DNA of 64,000 bases from an uncultured Clostridia bacterium (GTDB taxonomy: Bacteria; Bacillota; Clostridia; Oscillospirales; CAG-272). Positions 60,823-64,000 of the stretch are shown in pieces (position 1 is the stretch's first letter; every line of letters starts with the position of its first letter). Location of the stretch: the NCBI GenBank assembly GCA_944391805.1, contig CALXUY010000036.1:4772-68771 (forward strand). The letters are read 5' to 3'. Made by a program: the position numbers and the translations under genes. A model generated the notes under the pieces. It was not told the origin of the DNA and ran no database searches. It saw only the letters and a program-made list of their open reading frames with translations.

Positions 60823-61165
60823 AGCAGCCTCCTCATAGATAAAAATTTTCTTTGCATATATTTTACCGCAAAACGGATTCAAAAGATACAAAGATTGTAG
60901 CATGATAAGAGTACAATTTTGACATCTTTTTGACATATTGACGAAATGTTGTTTGTAAATATGTGCAAAACAGATAATTCCCTTTTGGCAGTGTTTCCGC
61001 TATCAGCAAAAGTGAAAGCCTTGTATGGATTGGCCGGCATTTTGGTTATGATTATGAAAGTATCGGATTATGTGCACCTTCACATCGTATACATTTTCAC
61101 ATCGGCGCTGAACAAAGATTTTAGCGCAAAAACACAATGATATTGACAACTGTTCGCTTCCCGCA

Positions 61166-61194
61166 TGGACAAATGGGGCTGGATCTGCTATAAT
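61166..61194 (+). promoter_or_regulatory. Promoter of the GH35 gene
   Basis: TGGACA, 17 nt, TATAAT with an extended -10 TGC. Confidence 0.45.
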
Positions 61195-61234
61195 ATGGGT
61201 ACCAACACATCAAGCCGCAAAAGGAGATTGGCAA

Positions 61235-63007
61235 ATGGGGATTTTGACCTATCAAGGCAATCGGTTTTATCTGGACGGTAAGCCCTACACTGTACGATCC
61301 GGTGCCATGCACTATTTTCGCATTCCGCGCGCATATTGGCTTGACCGCCTTGTAAAGCTGAAGGAGTGCGGTTTTAACACCGTGGAGACCTACACCTGCT
61401 GGAATCTGCACGAACCGAAAGAAGGCGAGTTCGATTTTTCGGGGAATCTGGACATCGAAGCCTATATCCGGACTGCCGCAGATGTCGGGTTGAATGTGAT
61501 TTTGCGTCCGGGTCCATACATATGTGCCGAATGGGAGTTCGGGGGGCTCCCCGCATGGCTGCTGACCTACGAAAAAATGGATATTCGCTGCAATGACAGG
61601 CTCTTTCTTTCAAAGGTACGCAGATATTTCCGGGCGCTGTCGGAACGTGTCCGTCCATATCTTGCGGTCAACGGCGGAAACATGATCATGCTACAGATCG
61701 AAAACGAATACGGCAGCTACGGGGATGACCGGGCATATCTGCGCGCGATTGCCGAGATCTACAAAGAAATCGGAATGGACTGTCTCTTTTTCACCTCGGA
61801 CGGTGCCGGCAAGAGCTTTCAGACAGGATCGCTTGAAGAATATTTGTGCACGGCAAACTTTGGCTCCAACCCCAAAGCAAAGCTCGGCTTCATGCACGAG
61901 TTCCGTCCGGATCAACCCCTCATGTGCGGGGAATACTGGTGCGGTTGGTTCGACCATTGGTTTGAAAAGCATCACATCCGCCCTACGGAAGAAATTGTCT
62001 CCGATATCCGCGACTTCATGGAAATGAATGCTTCGTTTAACCTTTATATGTTCCATGGAGGCACGAATTTTGGCTTCACAAACGGTGCCAATTATGGCGA
62101 CCAATTTGAACCCTCCGTTACCAGCTATGATTACAACGCACCGCTCAGCGAAGCAGGAGACCGCACCGAAGCCTACTATCTCATCCGCGATACAATTGGT
62201 CAGTACGGTGGAGCGCTCCCTCCGCTGACCGCGAAGGACAGCAAAAAAGCCGCTTATGGGAAGCTGACGCTGCCCCAACAAGCAGCTCTGTTTGACAATC
62301 TGGAAAATCTCTCCTCTCCCGTTGCTTCCCCCACGCCAAAATATATGGAGGATCTGGGACAGGCGTTTGGCTATACGCTGTATCGTTCAACCGTAAATGG
62401 CCCCCGCGACGATTGGCAATTGCACATCGACACGGTGCACGATCGCGCACAGATTTTTCTGGATGGTGCGCCGCGCGCTGTGTTTGAACGTTGGAATCCT
62501 GCGGGACAGGCGCTGGCCGATATCCGCCTGCCGCTTTCCGACGGTGAATCCGTCAGGCTCGACATTCTGGTTGAAAACATGGGGCGGGTCAACTACGGCC
62601 ACAAGCTGTGGGACCGCAAAGGAATACACGGAGTGCGCTTTCACCTGCAGCAGCACTTTGGGTGGGAGATGTACCCTCTGCCGATGACGGACCTCTCCAG
62701 CCTGCAATTCAAAGAGCTGAATATGGAAAGCGCAATCACACATCCGACCTTTCTGCGAGGCATTCTGCAGATTGCAGCCTCCCCCAAAGACACGTTTCTG
62801 CGCCTGGACGGCTTTACCAAAGGATTTGTAACCGTCAACGGCATCAATATCGGCAGATATTTCAACCCCGCAGGACCTCAAAAAACACTCTATGTTCCCG
62901 CTCCCTTTCTCAGGCAGGGCAAAAATGAAATCATTGTTTTTGAATCCGACCGAACCGTTTCCAATCAAATCGAGTTTTTGAATCGGCCAGACCTCGGAGA
63001 AGCCTGA
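61235..63007 (+). CDS. Beta-galactosidase, glycoside hydrolase family 35
   Basis: SGAMHYFRIP, NTVETYTCWNLHEP, RPGPYICAEWEFGGLPAWL and MLQIENEYGSYG (catalytic acid/base region). Confidence 0.85.
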   Translation: MGILTYQGNRFYLDGKPYTVRSGAMHYFRIPRAYWLDRLVKLKECGFNTVETYTCWNLHEPKEGEFDFSGNLDIEAYIRTAADVGLNVILRPGPYICAEWEFGGLPAWLLTYEKMDIRCNDRLFLSKVRRYFRALSERVRPYLAVNGGNMIMLQIENEYGSYGDDRAYLRAIAEIYKEIGMDCLFFTSDGAGKSFQTGSLEEYLCTANFGSNPKAKLGFMHEFRPDQPLMCGEYWCGWFDHWFEKHHIRPTEEIVSDIRDFMEMNASFNLYMFHGGTNFGFTNGANYGDQFEPSVTSYDYNAPLSEAGDRTEAYYLIRDTIGQYGGALPPLTAKDSKKAAYGKLTLPQQAALFDNLENLSSPVASPTPKYMEDLGQAFGYTLYRSTVNGPRDDWQLHIDTVHDRAQIFLDGAPRAVFERWNPAGQALADIRLPLSDGESVRLDILVENMGRVNYGHKLWDRKGIHGVRFHLQQHFGWEMYPLPMTDLSSLQFKELNMESAITHPTFLRGILQIAASPKDTFLRLDGFTKGFVTVNGINIGRYFNPAGPQKTLYVPAPFLRQGKNEIIVFESDRTVSNQIEFLNRPDLGEA

Positions 63008-63122
63008 ACCCCCTGATGCCAACAGGCACCGTTTCATAAATACAGACACGCACTCCGACAAAACAAAGCCCCGTGAAAACCTCCATTCAGCTTGCTGAAT
63101 GATGTGTTTATCAAGGGGCTTT

Positions 63123-63180
63123 TGGCGGAAGCGGTGGGATTCGAACCCACGAGCCCGTGAGGACTACCTGATTTCGAGAC
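63123..63180 (-). pseudogene. 3' fragment of a tRNA-Ser (CGA-type) gene, probable att-site remnant
   Basis: Minus strand reads CTCGAAATCAGG-TAGTCCTCACGGGCT-CGTGGGTTCGAATCCCAC-CGCTTCCGCCA: anticodon loop, variable arm, T-arm and 3' acceptor plus CCA. No matching 5' acceptor or D-arm follows. Confidence 0.7.
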
Positions 63181-63428
63181 TGTAAATCACATGGGCAATG
63201 ATTCCCTTACAGTATCGCACAGTCCATAAAAAATCCGGAAATCACAGGCAAACACTGGACAAAATGACCTTGTGTGAAACTGCATGGTACGGTTCAAATA
63301 CAATCGGCATCTCTCCACATCCCTCTGAAATCCGTCAAAACGGAGGGATGACAGGAGGGATGTTTTATTATATGAGTGGCAATACGCAACTTGAACCCAT
63401 CGGAAATATAAGTATAAAAGGAGTTCGT

Positions 63429-64000
63429 ATGACACTGCATGATTTCAAATCCGAAAATCTACCAGAAACGCTGTCTATGGAACAAATACGCCTGATCTGC
63501 CATATCAGCAAGCTGACCGCAAGGTTTTATGTCAAAAGCGGTCTTCTCAAAAACAAAAACAGCGGCAAACAGACAAGATGCTATACCGTGACGCGCGAGG
63601 ACTTTCTGCAGTTTATAGAAGAATACAAGAAAGATCCTATCCGCTTCCAGCCGCCTCCCGATTGGTACAAGACGGGCGGGCACACCAGACCAAAACGCTA
63701 CCGCGCTCCTCTCCCGGATCAAACTGATGCATACTGCAAATATCGGTACTACGAAAGAATGCTCCGCAACTTCCCTGATCTGCTTGATGCAAAACAAGTC
63801 GCCGAGCTCACCGGTTATACCCACTATACGGTAAGCAGATGGTGCAGAATCGGCAAACTGAAAGCAATCAAAGTCAATCCCAAGATGCTCTTCCCGAAAC
63901 AATTCGTAATGGAATTTTTGACTTCGGAGTTTTATGAGAGTATCCCGGTTAAATCCGATACCCACGCTGACCATCTGAGCAGGATCTGCTGTGAGTACAC
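63429..64000 (+). CDS. Helix-turn-helix (excisionase/MerR-like) DNA-binding protein, 3' end outside window
   Basis: Hand-translated open frame to the window edge: MTLHDFKSENLPETLSMEQIRLICHISKLTARFYVKSGLL...LDAKQVAELTGYTHYTVSRWCRIGKLKAIKV. AAAGGAG RBS. An in-frame ATG at 63372 is an alternative start. Confidence 0.6.
   Translation, partial: MTLHDFKSENLPETLSMEQIRLICHISKLTARFYVKSGLLKNKNSGKQTRCYTVTREDFLQFIEEYKKDPIRFQPPPDWYKTGGHTRPKRYRAPLPDQTDAYCKYRYYERMLRNFPDLLDAKQVAELTGYTHYTVSRWCRIGKLKAIKVNPKMLFPKQFVMEFLTSEFYESIPVKSDTHADHLSRICCEY

Noticed and set aside
63187-63974. Minus-strand ORFs of 82 and 171 aa at the window end
   Set aside because: The plus-strand frame has an RBS, stays open to the window edge and encodes recognisable HTH segments. 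The minus-strand ORFs have no motifs or RBS.

Overview
High-GC, Clostridia-like chromosomal segment; the taxonomic guess is an inference from gene content and order. Positions 1-45 kb are core housekeeping genes: rpsB-tsf, an SPFH/NfeD pair, apgM-lepB-rbgA-rnhB-yraN, thrC, tig-clpP-clpX and purC. From 23.4 to 44.8 kb every gene either makes, senses or consumes glutamine or ammonium: pyrG-purF-carA-carB, asnB, an Amt-PII fusion, GS type III, a split archaeal-type GOGAT, a short GS type I and an ANTAR regulator. The leaders of these operons carry near-consensus promoters, leader terminators, a T-box upstream of asnB, and a recurring hexaloop hairpin (AAAGGC, AAAGAC or AATGGC) that overlaps the 5' arm of three of the terminators. 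I read this as a candidate ANTAR-type antitermination regulon that may extend to the amidotransferase operon. After a tRNA-Leu at 45.1 kb the window turns accessory and compositionally patchy. It holds an AraC regulator, a DMT transporter and a roughly 12-kb minus-strand operon, followed by a GH35 beta-galactosidase. The operon encodes secreted or lipoprotein products that reuse one jelly-roll module six times, plus two MBL-fold paralogs, an SGNH esterase, an SBP-like lipoprotein and a GH-like protein. Three copies of a non-coding MITE-like element sit directly against terminator hairpins. Two of them are flanked by 25-27 bp duplications of the entire hairpin. The window ends at a 3' tRNA-Ser fragment followed by low-GC DNA and an excisionase-like HTH gene, which looks like the edge of an integrated mobile element. 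No CRISPR array, rRNA or recognisable defence system was seen. All function calls come from motif recognition by eye, not from searches.
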